From assembly GCF_009914755.1 (NCBI RefSeq), contig NC_060932.1: a DNA stretch of 64,000 bases. One strand, 5' to 3'. The stretch's first letter is position 1, and each line of letters begins with the position of its first letter. The position numbers and the translations under genes were made by a program. Positions 1 through 15,239 of this stretch are shown one piece after another. The stretch is from the human T2T-CHM13v2.0 reference genome, Homo sapiens. Under the pieces are notes generated by a model. The model worked only from the letters and a program-made list of their open reading frames with translations. It did no database searches and was not told the DNA's origin.

Positions 1-574
1 AAGGCTGGCATTTCAGACATGCTATCTGTTTGTGCCCTGGTCACGGTGGTTTGGGATCCAATTTTGTTTAGCATCTGTCATTAGCTTCACAAGTGCAGCC
101 ATGACTCAGCCCACGTCACCGTGTTCCCACATTGACCACCCACAAGATGTGCAAGCCTCCATTCCCAACCTTCTCACACACTCCAAGGCCTGCCCTCCTC
201 CCAGCCAAAATGGAAAACTAAGTAGGGACAAGATATCAAGATACGGAGGGCCTTAACGATGGTCTTAAACAATGGTTTCTAAAATTTCTCGGGAGCCAGA
301 GGAACTAGGGTAATCCGTCTTCCCTGTGCTCTGCTTAATGCCAATCCTCCTGAGGGGCTCCTCTTTCTCCAGGGCTACAGCACCTCCAGGGGTGTGAACC
401 TCACTGGGAAGGCCTCTCTTGAGGGTTCAGTGGTCGGCTCATAGTCTCACAGGGATATGGGGGGTTTGGGGTGAGTAAACCACAGCAGGACATGGAGAGG
501 CAGCTCAGTGCACAGCAAAGGGCAAAGTCTGGCACCAAACTTTCATGGCCACTAGTCCTGTTCTTTATTAATCC

Positions 575-727
575 CTGCTTTTGTGTGGTGCCTTTATTTC
601 TCAGTTTTCTCATCTGTGCATAGGGACTCTGCACAGGATAACTGTGAAAAACCAAAGAATTTATACATAAAGTGCATAGTGTGGCACCTGGCACCCAGAG
701 AGCACTCAGAGTAGCTGCTACTATTCT
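575..727 (+). mobile_element. MIR SINE remnant
   Basis: Core 'ctcagttttctcatctgt' and 3' 'cctggcacccagagagcactca...gctactatt' resemble the MIR consensus. Confidence 0.65.
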
Positions 728-2350
728 TAACGTCCTATTGTGATGGCAATAGACACTCAATGAATTGCAATTTAGAAAAAAACAATAACGCTTTCATGCA
801 GAGTTAGAAATACCCGACCCCCTCCCTTGTAATGAATGAACAGGGTTAATTTCATATTGAATTTTTCCTTCAAAACCTGTCCTGCAGGCATAATCTTGCT
901 GGCAAGAAGTTGCCCCAGGATGATGGAGAGGAAACCTAGAGGACAGAAGATGGATAGAGAGGATGGAAACAGGAGTGATTGTAGGCATACGTCTGGCCTG
1001 GACATATCCACTGGGAAAGGGGCCAGATCAAATCCCAGGCTCAACAAAGTTCATTCATTTGAATGATCATAGAGTATCTCCATTATTCCCAACCTCAAAA
1101 GTGTCCCTTGCTGCACTGTCAACTACTTATCTACATGTCAGTGAGGTTAACGATCTCCTCCAGCTCCTCAGATGATTCCTGAGGCTCAGGCCCAGGAGCT
1201 CTGATGTCCAGGGGTACCCAGTGTCCTCACTTTTTCTTGGACCTTCAACTGAGAGTCTTTAAAGCCAGACATGCTTTGGTTCGAATCCCAAATGCAATGT
1301 GTATTTCTGTGCAAACTGGAGGTCAGTAGCTTAATGTGGTCAGTTTTCCTTATCTGTAAAAACACACATATCTAGCAGGGAAAGGTTAGCGATTAAGGAT
1401 ACCTAAGTGCCATCTGGCACAAAGGGAATAGATGCATGATAGCTGATGTAGAGGTTGGTGGGATCCCAAGCATTCTGCTCTGTTTCTGTTTTCCCAGTTA
1501 TTTCTATTCATAATTTATATAAAAATGAGAATGGGAGTAATAGAATAAAGGGAAGAGGAAACCACAGAGGCAAAACCTTAAACACCATGATACTGGATAC
1601 TTCAATGCTTCTTTCGTTTAATCTTCAAAACTCAACATGAGAAGTCATCAAAGAACATCGTTTTTTGTGTGTGAGCGGCAACTGATGTTAAGGAAGGCCA
1701 TCTCTGTGACTTAATCTCTGCATGATTCTTCTTGACACTCTGATTTTTTATTCTTAAAAGGTAATAGACACATTTGTTGGTTTGTTTCTTCCTCCTCCCT
1801 GACCATTGCTGTATAAACACCGTTCCAATCAAACTGGGTTCCTTACATTTGACAAAGGAGACCACGCCCATCCTCTGTCTTGGTTCCCATTCCCTTTGGT
1901 GCCCATTGTCCTGGCACCTGCTTCCTCCCTCTGAATCTTTTCCTAGCCGCCCAGAGGTGCCCCTCCTCTGTTAAGCCTTCCCATGCTCCAAGTTCATCCT
2001 GTTCTCCCCTGTTTTGGAATGTCCATCTTCATTGTCTATACAGCCAATGTGCCCTGCCTGGTCAGGATGCCTAAGGCACTATTCCAGGAGCTGTAGACAC
2101 AGAAATGAGCCACATGGACACAATCTCAGCTCCCACACAGCTGGATGTCCGGTGCATAGCATAGCTGCCTGCATTGATACCATTCCACTCACTGCATGCA
2201 GGATTAGCTTGATGTCTGACTGTTGCAATGGGCCGGGCCTACCCAAAGTGACTGAACCCATCAAGGGTGTTATGCACCTAACATCACTTCCTCCCCTTTA
2301 GTCTGGGAGGCTAGTGGTTGCCTAGTGGTAACCTAGGCCCCATAGGCTCC

Positions 2351-2391
2351 ATTTATTTATTTATTTATGTATTTATTTATTTATTTATTTA
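2351..2391. repeat. (TTTA)n microsatellite
   Basis: About 10 TTTA units with one interruption. Confidence 0.9.
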
Positions 2392-2611
2392 CCCATTTGC
2401 TAAATAGATGTATTGGGGGCCTATTATGTGCCCGGCTTCCAGAGTTCAGCCTGCGGATTTGTGCAGAGAGGAAGAGGTGCAATGACCAGACTCCAGTGAC
2501 TCAAGAACCCAGACTGGCAGAGGCTCTACTGCAATAGGTCACAGGCTGTGATGGGGCAAGACTATCTGCTCCCAAGCATAGCAGAGACATTGGGTTTTCT
2601 GCCAAGTAACT

Positions 2612-2682
2612 ACAGAGAGAGAGAGACAGTGTACGTGTGTGAGTATGTGTGTGTGTGCACCTGTGTGTGTGTGTATGTGAGT
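2612..2682. repeat. Compound (GA)n/(TG)n microsatellite
   Basis: Imperfect GA run followed by interrupted TG runs. Confidence 0.85.
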
Positions 2683-3311
2683 GGTTTAGAGAAGGGAGAG
2701 ATGCAGCCATGGAAGGAAACATAGGAAAGGCTTTAGAAAGCCCTGATGTTTTTAGCTCCAAAATCTGTTTAGGGGCTAGCAATTGGTCACCTCCTGACTC
2801 CAAGTCTCACCACCTAGAGGACACAAGCCCCCACACTGCATCTCTGCTACTCTTCTTCCCCTCCCTCCACAATCCCTTCTTCACTCAGCAGCAGAGGGGA
2901 TGGGAGACCTTTCTTAGAAGTACCTCCAATCATGTCATCCTCCAGCGACCTCTCGTTCCTTCAGTTAATGAGTTTCATGCCCTCACATCGGCCAACGCAG
3001 TCTGATATAATCTGCTTCCCAGCTCTCCTGTGGATAACCCCCTTCCCCTAAGATGCCCCAGCAAACAGCTCTCCTTACTGCTCCTCACTCCGTTTCCCCC
3101 AGCTCAGATATGCCTGAGGCTTTTGGCCTTGACCATCCACTTGCCTCAAAGGGCCTTTCTGACAACTGCTCAGAGCTGCTCCTCAATTTTCCTTACTGAT
3201 CTCTGCTCCATTGTCATTTCCTCAAGTAGCCTCTTCTCTCCTCTCAGTTGCTTTCCAGTATATCACTGTCTTATGATAGTTGGGGTATCAACCACTCCAC
3301 GGAATTATCTA

Positions 3312-3914
<603 letters not shown>

Positions 3915-3944
3915 TTATTTCATTTTATCTTCAAAACCTAACCC

Positions 3945-4276
<332 letters not shown>

Positions 4277-5969
4277 AACCTAACCTCACATATCAACATG
4301 AAAATATCCATGTTTTTGTGGAAGAAAATTGATGCTGAAGGAGAGAAGGAGACAGCCTCAGTTCCCTCAAGCCACCAGGTAATAAAACTATTGATGGTTC
4401 CATGACAGAAAAAACTGAGTTACGATGCCCCTAGCCAGTGAAAAGAAGGAGCTGATGAGCTCTTGGAAGACATGGGCCCAAGTTGTGCTAGAGTCTTGGA
4501 GGGCTGGAAGAAAAGAATGGAAGATGAAGGAAGTCCCAACAGCATTAGGGATTCTAGGAGTTGCCTTCAACTGTGGTATAGAATGAATTTGAAGTAGTAC
4601 ACTTTATTACACTTTATACTGGCCTAGATATTAATCTTTATAAAATGACAATGCACAACCTATTTTTGGCATGAATTAATCATGAACTTATGCTTTTTAA
4701 TTTTTTAAAACAATCTTCCTTTATCAATATCTCAGCAAAGGCTGCTCAGACAAACACCTCCCTGGTCATGATGAGACCGCTGCTTCATTCAATCCGTGAG
4801 CAAATGTTAATATTAATGAAAGGCCAAGCATGTGTCAACCGCCAAACTGGGTGTTAGGGAGACAGGCATGAATGAGACGGGAGTTCAAGACAGGGAAGTA
4901 TGACGAGATAATGATCATACACTACAATGAGTGCTATATGGTGCCTATACAGAACGCCTGCCACAGGATCATACAGGGGCCCAATCATTTCTTCATCTCT
5001 TGAAGGTATAGAGGGACACAGGGACTGCCCCACAGGACCCAAGCCCTATAAAAGCTGAGTATCTGTGAGATTTATCTCCCATTTAATCTGACATATGTAT
5101 TCATATACAAAGTGTTATTTGATATTTGGAAATTAAGGAAAAATGGCAAACAGTTCACTAAATGATGGCAATTAACATTATAGTTGCACAGACCAGCCAA
5201 GTACTATGGAGTTGGCTGAGTAGGGAGGGAAGAGGTGAGAGCAGGCCAGACTTCTTAAGTCCTGGCTCTAAAGGGAAACACCTGAACTAGGTCCAGGTCT
5301 CACAAGATTAGCACCTCCCTGCAGCCACCTGCAGCTACCTACTTCCAGCAGTACACACGCCTCCTAGTGCTGTGTGGATTTGAGATGACGGGGAGTCCAT
5401 CCAGTAGACATATAGAGAAAGAAGCAAATGCAGTTCAGATAAGCCCACCTCTCCACCCCACCTTCCTCTCTTTTCTCCTTTTGCTCATTCTCTCCAGACC
5501 AGCAGAAAGAAGATGACCTAACATCAATGAATCCAGAACCTCACATTCTCCCATTGGACTTTGAGACCCAGCCTATCCTGAAAGTGCTGAGGGTTGGGAC
5601 TCCTATTTCTTGGAGCTCCTGTTATGTGCCACACCCAGAGTAGGTTCTCCAAAGTCATAGTCCCACTTAATCCTAGACACAGCGCTGTTATTACCCAATT
5701 CCACAGAGGGGATTACTAAGGTTCATGGGTGGCATGGTATACCCAGGTACCCAGTGCCAGAGAGAATAATCACAGAATCATGAACCACTTACTCTCAAGT
5801 CCCAGTCATCTCTCTCCCTACTCCTAAAATACCTTCACTAGTGGTCTCCCTGCCTCCTCCATCCTCTACCCAGAAGCTAGAGGATCTATTAATATGAAAA
5901 TCATATCACACAATTCTCTGGTTACAAAATCCCATTGGCTTCCTATCACCCTTTTAATAAAATTAAAGT

Positions 5970-7843
5970 TCTCCTAAGAGGATACGCAAATGGCCAACAG
6001 GTACATGAAAAGAGGCTCAACATCATTAGTCATGAGGGGAATGCAAATTAAAACCACAATGAGATACCCCGATTAAAAAGTGGGCCGAGACCTTAACAAA
6101 CCCCTCAGCACAAAAAGACACACAGATGGCAAATAAGCATATGAAAAGATGTTCCACATCACACATCACCAGGAAAATGCAAAAGAAAACAACAATGAGA
6201 CCCCACTACATGTCGATTAGAAGTGCCAAAATCCAGGAGACTAACAATACCAAATGATGGCAAACATGTGGAGTAATAGAAACTCATTCACTGCTGGTGG
6301 GAATGCAAAATGGTATAGCCACTTTGGAAGACATTTTGACAGTTTTGTATGAAATGAAATATACTCTTACTATAAGATCCAGTAATTGTGCTCCCCAGTA
6401 CCTACCCAAAGCAGTTGAAAACATGTCTACACAAAAACCTGCAAATAGATGTTTACAGCAGCTTATTCATAACTACCAAAACTCGGAAGCAACTCAAATA
6501 TCCTTCAGTGGGAGAATGAATAAATAAACCACTGTCTATCCTGACAATGGAGTATTATTCAGCAGTAAGAATAAATGAGCTATCAAGCCATGTCGAGGCA
6601 TGGAGGCACCTTACATGCATATTAGTAAAGTGAAAAAATGCCAATCTGAAAATGCTATATACCATATGATTCCAAATATATGATGTTGTAGAAGATGAAA
6701 CAACCTAGACAGTAAGAAGATGAGTGGTGACCAAAGATTTAAGAAATAGGAAGCAGTGAACAGGCAGAGGACAGAGGATTCTTAGGGCAGTGAAAGTACT
6801 CAGTAGGACATTACAATGGTTAATATATGTCAACACTTCTGCTCAAACCCATATAATGTTAGAGTATTCAACACCACGAGTGCATCCCAATGTGAACTGT
6901 GGACTTTGGGTGATAATGATGTGTCAGTGTAGGTCTATTTGTTTTATATATATATATCCCCCCTCTGAAATATCTTGATAGAAAGGTCATACAGGTGTGG
7001 AGTCAGGGGGTAAATGGGAAATCTCTGTATCTTCCATTCTATTTTGATGTGAACCTAAAACTGCTCTTAAAAATAAAGTCTTTTCACATACAACACACAC
7101 ACAATGAGATATCACTTCATAGCCACTAGGATGGCCATAATTTAAATGGAAAATAACAAGTGCTGACAAGAATGTAAAGACATTGGAGCCCTTATACATT
7201 GTTGGTGGGAATATGGAATGATGCAACAGTCAATATGGAAATCAGTTTGATGGCACCTCAATGAATTAAACCTAGAATTACCACACGACCCAGCAATCCC
7301 ATTCTGGGTATGTATACACAAGAGAAGTGAAACCATTGTTAAAACAAAAACTTTTACACAAATAATTGTTCGTAGCAGCATTATTCACAATAGACAAGTG
7401 GCAGAAATGAAGGAAATGGCCATCAACTGATAAATGGATAAATCAAAATGGATAAATCAAAAATATTCGTGCAGTAGGATATTATTCAGCCATCAAAAGT
7501 GTGAAGTTTTAATACATGTTACAACACAGATGAGCCTTGCAAAATTATGCTAAGTGAAAGAAGCCAAACACAAAAGGACAAACACTGTATGATTTCATTC
7601 ATAATAGATATCCTGACCAAGACAAATCCATACAGACAGAGAGCAGACAGGGGCTAGGGGAAAAGGGGAGAATGAAGAGTGATTTCTCATGCAAATAAGA
7701 TTTCCTTCTGAGATGATGAAATATTTTGAGACTGCATAGTGGTGATAGTTGGACAATATTGCGGATATGCTGAAAGCTACTGAATCGTTCACTTTAAAAT
7801 GGATCCAATTGTGTTTGTGTTATGTGTGTTTTACCACCACAAA
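5970..7843 (+). mobile_element. Old L1M (L1MB-like) 3' end, interrupted by a nested L1
   Basis: L1 3' motifs 'caaatggccaacaggtacatgaaaag' at 5987; the element resumes at 7100 and continues through 'ctaagtgaaagaagccaaacacaaaagg' to the 3' UTR. Confidence 0.85.
6067..7099 (+). mobile_element. L1MC-like 3' fragment nested in the older L1M
   Basis: Independent L1 3' end finishing 'aacctaaaactgctcttaaaaataaagtc'; flanked by a 12-bp direct repeat cacaatgagata (6055-6066, 7100-7111). Confidence 0.85.
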
Positions 7844-8071
7844 AGGGGACGAAATCAAGTCCTTCTCTCTTACCCTCTTCTGGAAATTCCCTTCCTGAAC
7901 AAGTCAGCCCTAAAGTAGTTAGAGGGCCTAGGAAATAGCTGCCAGAATAAGGATGCCTTATTGTACTTATCTGCTTTGCACTTAATCATTACATGTGTAT
8001 GTTCTTATGTATTTATGTTTAATGCCTGCAAACACCCATTAGAACCAACCTTGTTTATCTTGTTCACCATT

Positions 8072-8580
8072 TAGGATTTCCAGACTTAGCAAATAAAAAT
8101 ATGACCAATAATGGAATATTTGGGGACATACTTGTACTCAAAACTCTAATATTTCTCTTTGTCTCAAATGCACATTTAACTGGGTGTCTGATATCGCCCG
8201 GCCTTGTCCCCACCCAAATCTCATCTCGAATTGTAGCTCCCATAACTCCTATGTGTTGTGGGAGGGAACTGGTGGGAGGTTCACATGAATCATAGGGGCG
8301 GTTTCCCCCAGCTGTTTTCATGGTAGTGAATAAGTCCCAGGAGAGCTGTTGGTTTTATAAGGGGAAACCCCTTTTTGCTTGGTTCTCATTCTCTCTTGTC
8401 TGCCGTCATGTAAGATGTGCCTTTTGCCTTCTGCCATGATTGTGAGGCCTCCCCACCCACATGGAACTGTGAGTCCATCACACCTCTTTTTCTTTATAAA
8501 TTACCTAGTCTCAGGTCTATCTTTATCAGCACCATGAAAAGGGACTAATATAGTGTCCTATACTTTATCTTGTTGTCCTA
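8072..8580. mobile_element. MER53-like hAT MITE split by a THE1 LTR
   Basis: 'ccagacttagcaaataaaaat...ggggacatacttgtact...atttaactgggtgtc|ctatactttatct' matches the recalled palindromic MER53 consensus on both sides of the LTR. Confidence 0.7.
8189..8552 (+). mobile_element. THE1-family (ERVL-MaLR) solo LTR
   Basis: Starts 'tgatat...gtccccacccaaatctcatctcgaattgtagctccc', ends 'gactaatata'; 5-bp TSD gtgtc (8184-8188, 8553-8557). Confidence 0.93.
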
Positions 8581-9689
8581 TCACCACTGTATCTCCAGTG
8601 CAGAGTAGGTACAAGATAAATATTTATGGAAATTGAATGAATAAATAAGTCCTCATTCAACACAGCTGTGTTCACTAATGAAGAAATCAGCCATTCACTA
8701 AATGTGTGCATGTCCATCCATCACTGATATTCTAGTGTACAGAGAGCAAAAGCAGAAGGCAGAGGAAGGTGGGGATGCGGTCAGCTCTAGACAGGCCTTT
8801 TCCATTTTGTCTCCTTCTGCAGCACTCTATGGCAGTGTTTGAAGCAGAGCTGAGCTCTGGGGATAGCAAATTTGCAATTTGGAAACTCTGCCCTTCAGAA
8901 ATGTACACTTTGGAGAAGATAGGAAGCAACTGTTTACCGTACCACGACGCAACAGGTGCTACCCAGGGAAAGCAAAAGTTTCCAGGTACACAGAGGATGA
9001 ATCGTCCAGGAAGCTACTTCCCAAGATGAAGAATGGGAGTATTCGGGGCAGCAGCAGATCACTTCCAAACCCGAGAGTCACCCTGCTCCCAAGTGCAGGG
9101 GCTGCCTCCCACCACCCCCACCACCACCCGACTGCTCCCTTCCCTGCAGCCCTGGAATCCCTGTCCTCCCATTAAGGCTGAGCTCCTTGTTTCTGGTCCC
9201 AGATCAGAGAGACTGGTGAAATGCAGGGTGGCAGGCCCCTCTGCTGCTTGCTCACTTACACTGTCTTATTGCCAGTGGGGGGCGTTATTCCCATTTTACA
9301 GAGGAGGATCCAGGGCTACAGAGCCCCCAGGACTGGCCTCTCCCCTATCCTCCAGCATGATCTCCCCTCAGTCCCAGCTCCCTCCTTTCACCTCCATTCA
9401 CCTCCCAGCTTCTCCATCCACTTCTCCCATCCACCAGCCTCACATAGATCTTCCTGGTTTCCAGAACAGTCAAGCCATTTCATAATTCGCTCCTCCCTAG
9501 CCCTGCAGGGTTTTTCTGGCCTTGACCTAAGCTCTTCAACCTGCAAGCACCTACTTCTCCCTCCAGATGACTTCTCAAGCCAGCTGCCCTCTGAAAGGAG
9601 CAGGCTAGCTGGTGGGCCATCCACCCCTGCACCACCTAAGCTTGTGTCTAACCTTCCCTTAGTCATTCTTGTACTGTAATGATCACATA

Positions 9690-9925
9690 GACTAATATTT
9701 ACTAAGCATTCCCTCCATGTCAGGCACTGTTCTAAGGTTGTATATAATTAATTTAACCTTCCTAACAGCTCCATACAGTAGGTATTATTATCATCATCCC
9801 CATTTACAGACAGGTTATGAGGCACAGACAGGTTATGCAACTTGCCTGAGGGTCACACAGCTAAATCAGTAACAAAGCGGAATTGGAACCAAGGCAGCCT
9901 GGCTGTGATCCCCAGCTGCTCATCA
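9690..9925 (-). mobile_element. MIR SINE
   Basis: 'atgtcaggcactgttctaag...tcatccccatttacaga...aacttgcctgagggtcacacagcta...ggaattggaaccaaggcag' is reverse-complement MIR. Confidence 0.8.
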
Positions 9926-10907
9926 CTAGGCCATCTGGTCTCCAGGTAAGTAAACACTGCCTAGAGGAGGATGGGTCTCTCTCACCTCTTTGACCACAGG
10001 TCAGATGAGCACCTAGCTCATGAGGTAGGGCAGGGTAAGGCATAAGACTCAATATTAATTCATTAATTGCATGGAACCAAATAACATATGGAAACACCTG
10101 GCATGTTGAATGTCACACATTCAGATAACGTCTGGAATGTAACCATCTCATTTGACTAAACATTTCCCTTTCCAGTCTTTGAAACTGCCTTTGCAAACTG
10201 CTCTTGCATCTTCTGGCCCCAGGCCCGGGAGCCCCTCCCACCCAAATCTAGCTTCTACTCCCAACTTGCATGTATCTCTAGGCTTGCTTCAGGGAACTCT
10301 CCAGGCCAGAAGACTAAGTAGCACTTTGCTTCCTGTGAAGATAATAGCTAATTGGAGTAATTCACACCAAAGTGTGAATGAAGCCAGCAGTTGCAAGGGA
10401 AAAGTGAGGGGGATATATTTTAAAGCAGGAGCTGAGTAAATCCTGTATTTGTTGCAGGTCCCCAAGACCCACAAAAGTCCTTTCTGGAGCTTGGATCACT
10501 GTGAATACTGCAATCAACCTGTCTGCCTCTCCCCACCCCCTCACCTTCTCCTTTAAGTCACAGAGTCTAGCTACTCTGTCGGGATTTTTCTAAGTCAAAA
10601 TGAAAAAAGAACTTTGCTTTAGAATTAGACCTGAGTTTAAATCCTCTCCACCCTTGAGCTTTGTGACCTTAGACAAGTAACTTAGTGTCTTCTGAGCATC
10701 TAGGTACTCTTTTACTCTTTTTCAACTGTGCCGGGGGCATGGAATTACATTAGTCCAGCAGGGTCCTAGCAGGAGCTAGGGACCACTACTCAGGGGCTTC
10801 TCTTCCTCCTGCCAGTCTCTCTATCCCTGTACTTCCACTCCAGCCTATGGGGAAGAATTAGAAACTACCTCCCAGACTGTGTTCTGAGAATACTCCTTAA
10901 TCGGTGT

Positions 10908-11272
10908 TGTATTAGTCTGTTTTCATGCTGCTGATAAAGGCATAACCGAGACTGGGCAATTTACAAAAGAAAGAGTTTTAATTGGACTTAAAGTTCTGCA
11001 TGGCTGGGGAAGCCTCACAATCATGGCGGAAGGTGAGGAGGAGCAAGTCACGTCTTACATGGATGGCGGCAGGCAAAGAGAGCTTGTGCAGAAAACCTCT
11101 GCCTTATAAAGCCATCAGATCTCATGAGACTTACTATCACCAGAACAGCATGGGAAAGACCTGCCCCCATGATTCAATTATCTCCCAGTGGGTCCCTCCC
11201 ACAACACGTGGGAATTATGGGTGTACAATTCAAGATGAGATTTGGTTGGGGACATAGAGCCAAACCACATCA
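10908..11272 (-). mobile_element. THE1B/C-like solo LTR
   Basis: 'tgtattagtctgttttcatgctgctgataaag' to 'ccaaaccacatca'; 5-bp TSD ggtgt (10903-10907, 11273-11277). Confidence 0.95.
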
Positions 11273-14200
11273 GGTGTTTCTTCCCAACAGAGTCAAGTGA
11301 CTCTTTCAAAAAATTCAAGTGACAATTTCAAAAAAATTCTGGAATCACCAGATTTAAAAGGGTAATCTTTGCTCCTATAGGACTTCTCACAAACTTTAAC
11401 ATGCTGGCATTTATGTCAGTCTCCAAGGTGGGGATACACTCTAGGACACTGTTTTAGTGAAAAAAAAAAAAAAAATTTAAGAGTATTCCATGTGCCATAA
11501 ATGGTGCTAGGTCCTCTCTGTGCAGAGTGAACTTACTTCCTGCAGCTTAGCTTACGGGCTGGGGGAGGGGTACAGATGCATGAACAGAAAAGCCCTTTTT
11601 GCCTGAAACAGTTATAGAGATGTCAATAATAATGCTGAATGGAAATATAACTGCAGTAGTCTCAGGCTGGAGCCTTCAGGCAGTTTACTTTCCTGCCCTC
11701 ACGGAGCCCATGCTTAGCACCCCCACTGTCCTCTGCTCCTTCACATGATCTCTGCATGAGTCTCTCCTAGATGCTGAGGTCCTGGGCAGTGTGTGCCACA
11801 TAAAGCCTGTTGAGGGGATGGATGGACAGACCAACAGTAAGACAGAACAAACATTCTGATCGAGGATTTGTAACACCCATATCTGGAACCCAGGCCTTCC
11901 ACAAGCACTCCATATGCCTAAGAGCCAGCCACAACCCCGTGCCTCAGTTTCTTCTTTTATAAAGTGGGGTTTGGGGGCAGTTGGGAACCAAGCAGCTGGC
12001 ATGCCTGAGCAAACAGGACACTTTGGTTCATGTGATGGGCTGTGGAATCTGTGCCTTGACTAAGAGGACAGCACCCCTGAGTCCCAGGGACTGTGGTCCT
12101 TCAGCAAAGTTGGGGGTGCCTGGTCTATTTCTCAGAAGAAGACAGATCACTAATTTCCTAGGGGACATACCCTCATATCAATGTTGAGAATGAATTTAGA
12201 CATTTTTCAAAACCTCTGGAGTCCATGCAAAATCTGCCTGCAGGGTGTGTTTGTCCCATGGGCCACCAGCTCCTGAGCTGAGGCTGGATAATAATGGGCC
12301 AGTATTTATCAAGTTTACATGTGGCAGGCACTGGGTCATGTGCTGTACCACATCATCTCCTTCAATCCCCCATTAATTCTGAGAGCAGTCACTCTTCTCC
12401 CCATTTGACTGATGAGAGCACAGAGGTTTAGGTAGGCTAAGTCTCTTAGCCAGTAATAGAGAACAGAGTTAGAGCTGGGATTTGGACCCAGGATGGTGAG
12501 ACTAATTAATTATTCAGGTCTTGCCAATATACTCTACTGCCTGCTCTTGTGCAAACTCGAAGAGCGCTTTAGACCAGTTATTCTACCTGTGGTGGTCTCA
12601 TTTCACTGAGGCAGGTGACCTTGGTGATCTGACTTCCGTGAATGTCATATATGTGTGGAGTCTCTCCCATGTTCTGAGTCCTCTGCATGAGTTCTCTCGA
12701 CCCCACAACAGGCCTGTGTGAGTTTGTGTTCCTACTTTACTGAAGACACAGGCTCAGACTGACTATGATGTCCTGGGACCCACTGCTACTGGTGGAAGGA
12801 GACAGATCCCAGCTTAGGTCTAGGCAACTGAGCTGTCCGTGTAAGCAGCAGCACTCGAGTTAATTGCCAGCTGGGTACACGTAAGGAAGCAGCAGCTTCA
12901 GGAAATAGGATGACAGATTCAGGGGCCAAAGGGAGGGGAACACACAGCCATCAGAGGCAAATCATTTAATGGACATGATTGGGTCACTTGTGTCCCTTCT
13001 CTTGACTTCCATTTTTCTCCTTGTTTCCATCCTTTTCCACTGCACTCTGTTTAACCCAGCCCCTGCTGGCCAGTGGGTCATTGCCAATGCAGTGAGTTAA
13101 TGCCTTTGCCTTTCTCCACGCCTGTGAGAGAAACAAGCTCTGAATCCCAAGTGCTACTTATCTAATAAGACTGCAGTTACATTAATTATATTTAAATGTC
13201 TCCACTTATATAATAAATTTGCCTGCACAACCCTGTCATTATCTCTCCTCTGTAGCCCCTCCACAGTCTCTGGGTCCTCTGAGGAATTCCCAGCAGAACT
13301 GCCAGCCCCAAAATAGCAGGAGCCTGGCTGGGAGACGCCGCACCTGCTTGGTTATGGAGGTCTTCTCCTAGTTTGCATTGCAGATGTTCTCCACTGTGAG
13401 CCAGAGAGCTACAGAACCAAAGGAGCTATGGGGGAAAGGGAAAAACTGAGACACCTGAGTCTGTATCCACCATCGGCTACTTACCACCTGGGTGACCTTT
13501 GCACTATCTCCTAACATCTCTGAGATACAGCCCTATTAGATTACAGATTTGCAACTGTGCAAAGATGGGATTAATTTAGTCTTTCTAGGTCCCAAGTGGG
13601 TCTCCTTGGGCACAAGTGTCCCATGCAAAATATTTATCAACCACATATTATGTGCCAAATAATATGCTCAGCCCTGGATATGCAAAGGTAAAAGAGGATT
13701 GCCAATCTCTGTACTTTGGGGGCAGAAAGCAGAAAGATTCTAGACTCTTAAAGACCTTAGTTTTGACAACTTCTCCACTACTTAACAAAGGTAGGACATT
13801 AGGCACATTGTTTAACTTCATGGTCTCTGCTGTTAATTATCTGCAAAGCGAGAATAATAGCTACCTTCTTTATATGTCTGTGGTGATTAAAATAATCTGC
13901 AAACTCCCTTGAACAGTTTTTGTGTTATAGCACATGTTCCACAAATGGATGAATTACTCGGCTGCTATCTTACAAACAGGAGTCTGGGCATCAGGGTTGT
14001 AACCTTCATCACCAGGCTTCCCTGGGGTGAACTTATGTCAAGTATTTTCCTGTTTATGTGCCTCAATTTACCCATCTGTGTAACGAAAGCACATCTTTTC
14101 TTCCTGGAAAGAGCATGAGCTTTGGGGTGAGACCAGGACAAGAAGACCAGCGCTTCCCCTTACTGGCTCTGTGGCCTTGGGGTACAGAACCTCTGAGGGC

Positions 14201-15239
14201 CCCATTTGCTGCAGTCTTCCCCACTGAAATGTAAGCCCTGTGCACATCCTTGACCGTGTCGGCATGGAGCAAAGCAGTGGCCAGCGTGTGGCAGGCTGCA
14301 TAGACATAAAGAGTGAATAAAAGAAGGAAAAGGGATGCAGTGAGAACACTGACAGCCACTTCCCAGCTTTGTTGTAAAGCCCATATAAAGCTCCGTCAAT
14401 ACCTTCTTGATGACGTTCAGGCTCCATCTGATCCACTGAATTCCAATGACTCAGGGCAAGAGTGGTGTGAAAAGGGGACAAGGCATAGCAGGCTCACTCT
14501 GTCCTTCCTCCTGGCATCTGTGAGCGAATGCCTGATAAATATTTGTCTATGGATGTGTTTAGTTATTGATCGAAATTTTACAGCAATTGTGTGTATAACA
14601 ACAATGATTAAAGGTAAGGACATTGAAGCCCCTGGCAGGAAAGACATCTGGCCAATAGTACATGGAGAAGTGCCTAATAATTGGGATGCAGATCTTCCCT
14701 GAAGTCTTTTAATCTGTTCACTTTACCTCGCTCAGGAAAACCTCACCCACAGCTGCAGGGCCACTGACTCCACTGGCCCCATCTCCCCACGCACAGAGCA
14801 GCCTGTGTGGCTTTGCAAATAAGGAAGCCCATCTGGTTACCTTCCCCTAGACCTATCCCCAGACAGCACCTGCTTCTGCTTCAAAGGACACACGTGCCCC
14901 TAATTATGTATCCATAAGACAAATGTGGCTCATTCCATCACAGAACTAGAGAGTCTAAGGAAGCAAACTAAAAAATGTATAAAATCAGGGTTCCTTGACT
15001 AATTTGTCCAACACCACAGCTAGCAATGATGGGAGCCAGGTGTGCATCCCTCAGGCTGTAAAGCAGTTAACCACCTAACCAGGTAGTCAGTCCCAGTCCT
15101 GAGCTGCCCAAGAACCGGATGAGCTGCTTTAGTAGATTCAGGTATCACAAGCATCTGTGAGCCTACGGAAGGCTGGGCTCCGTGACAGACGAAATGTTTC
15201 ACAGAAATCTGGAGCCAGATTCCAGGGCGCAAAACCACC

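Noticed and set aside
8879-9679. Overlapping 98-152 aa ORFs in a GC-richer patch
   Set aside because: Low-complexity Pro/Ser-rich translations overlapping MIR/L2-like relics, with no CpG island or splice support.
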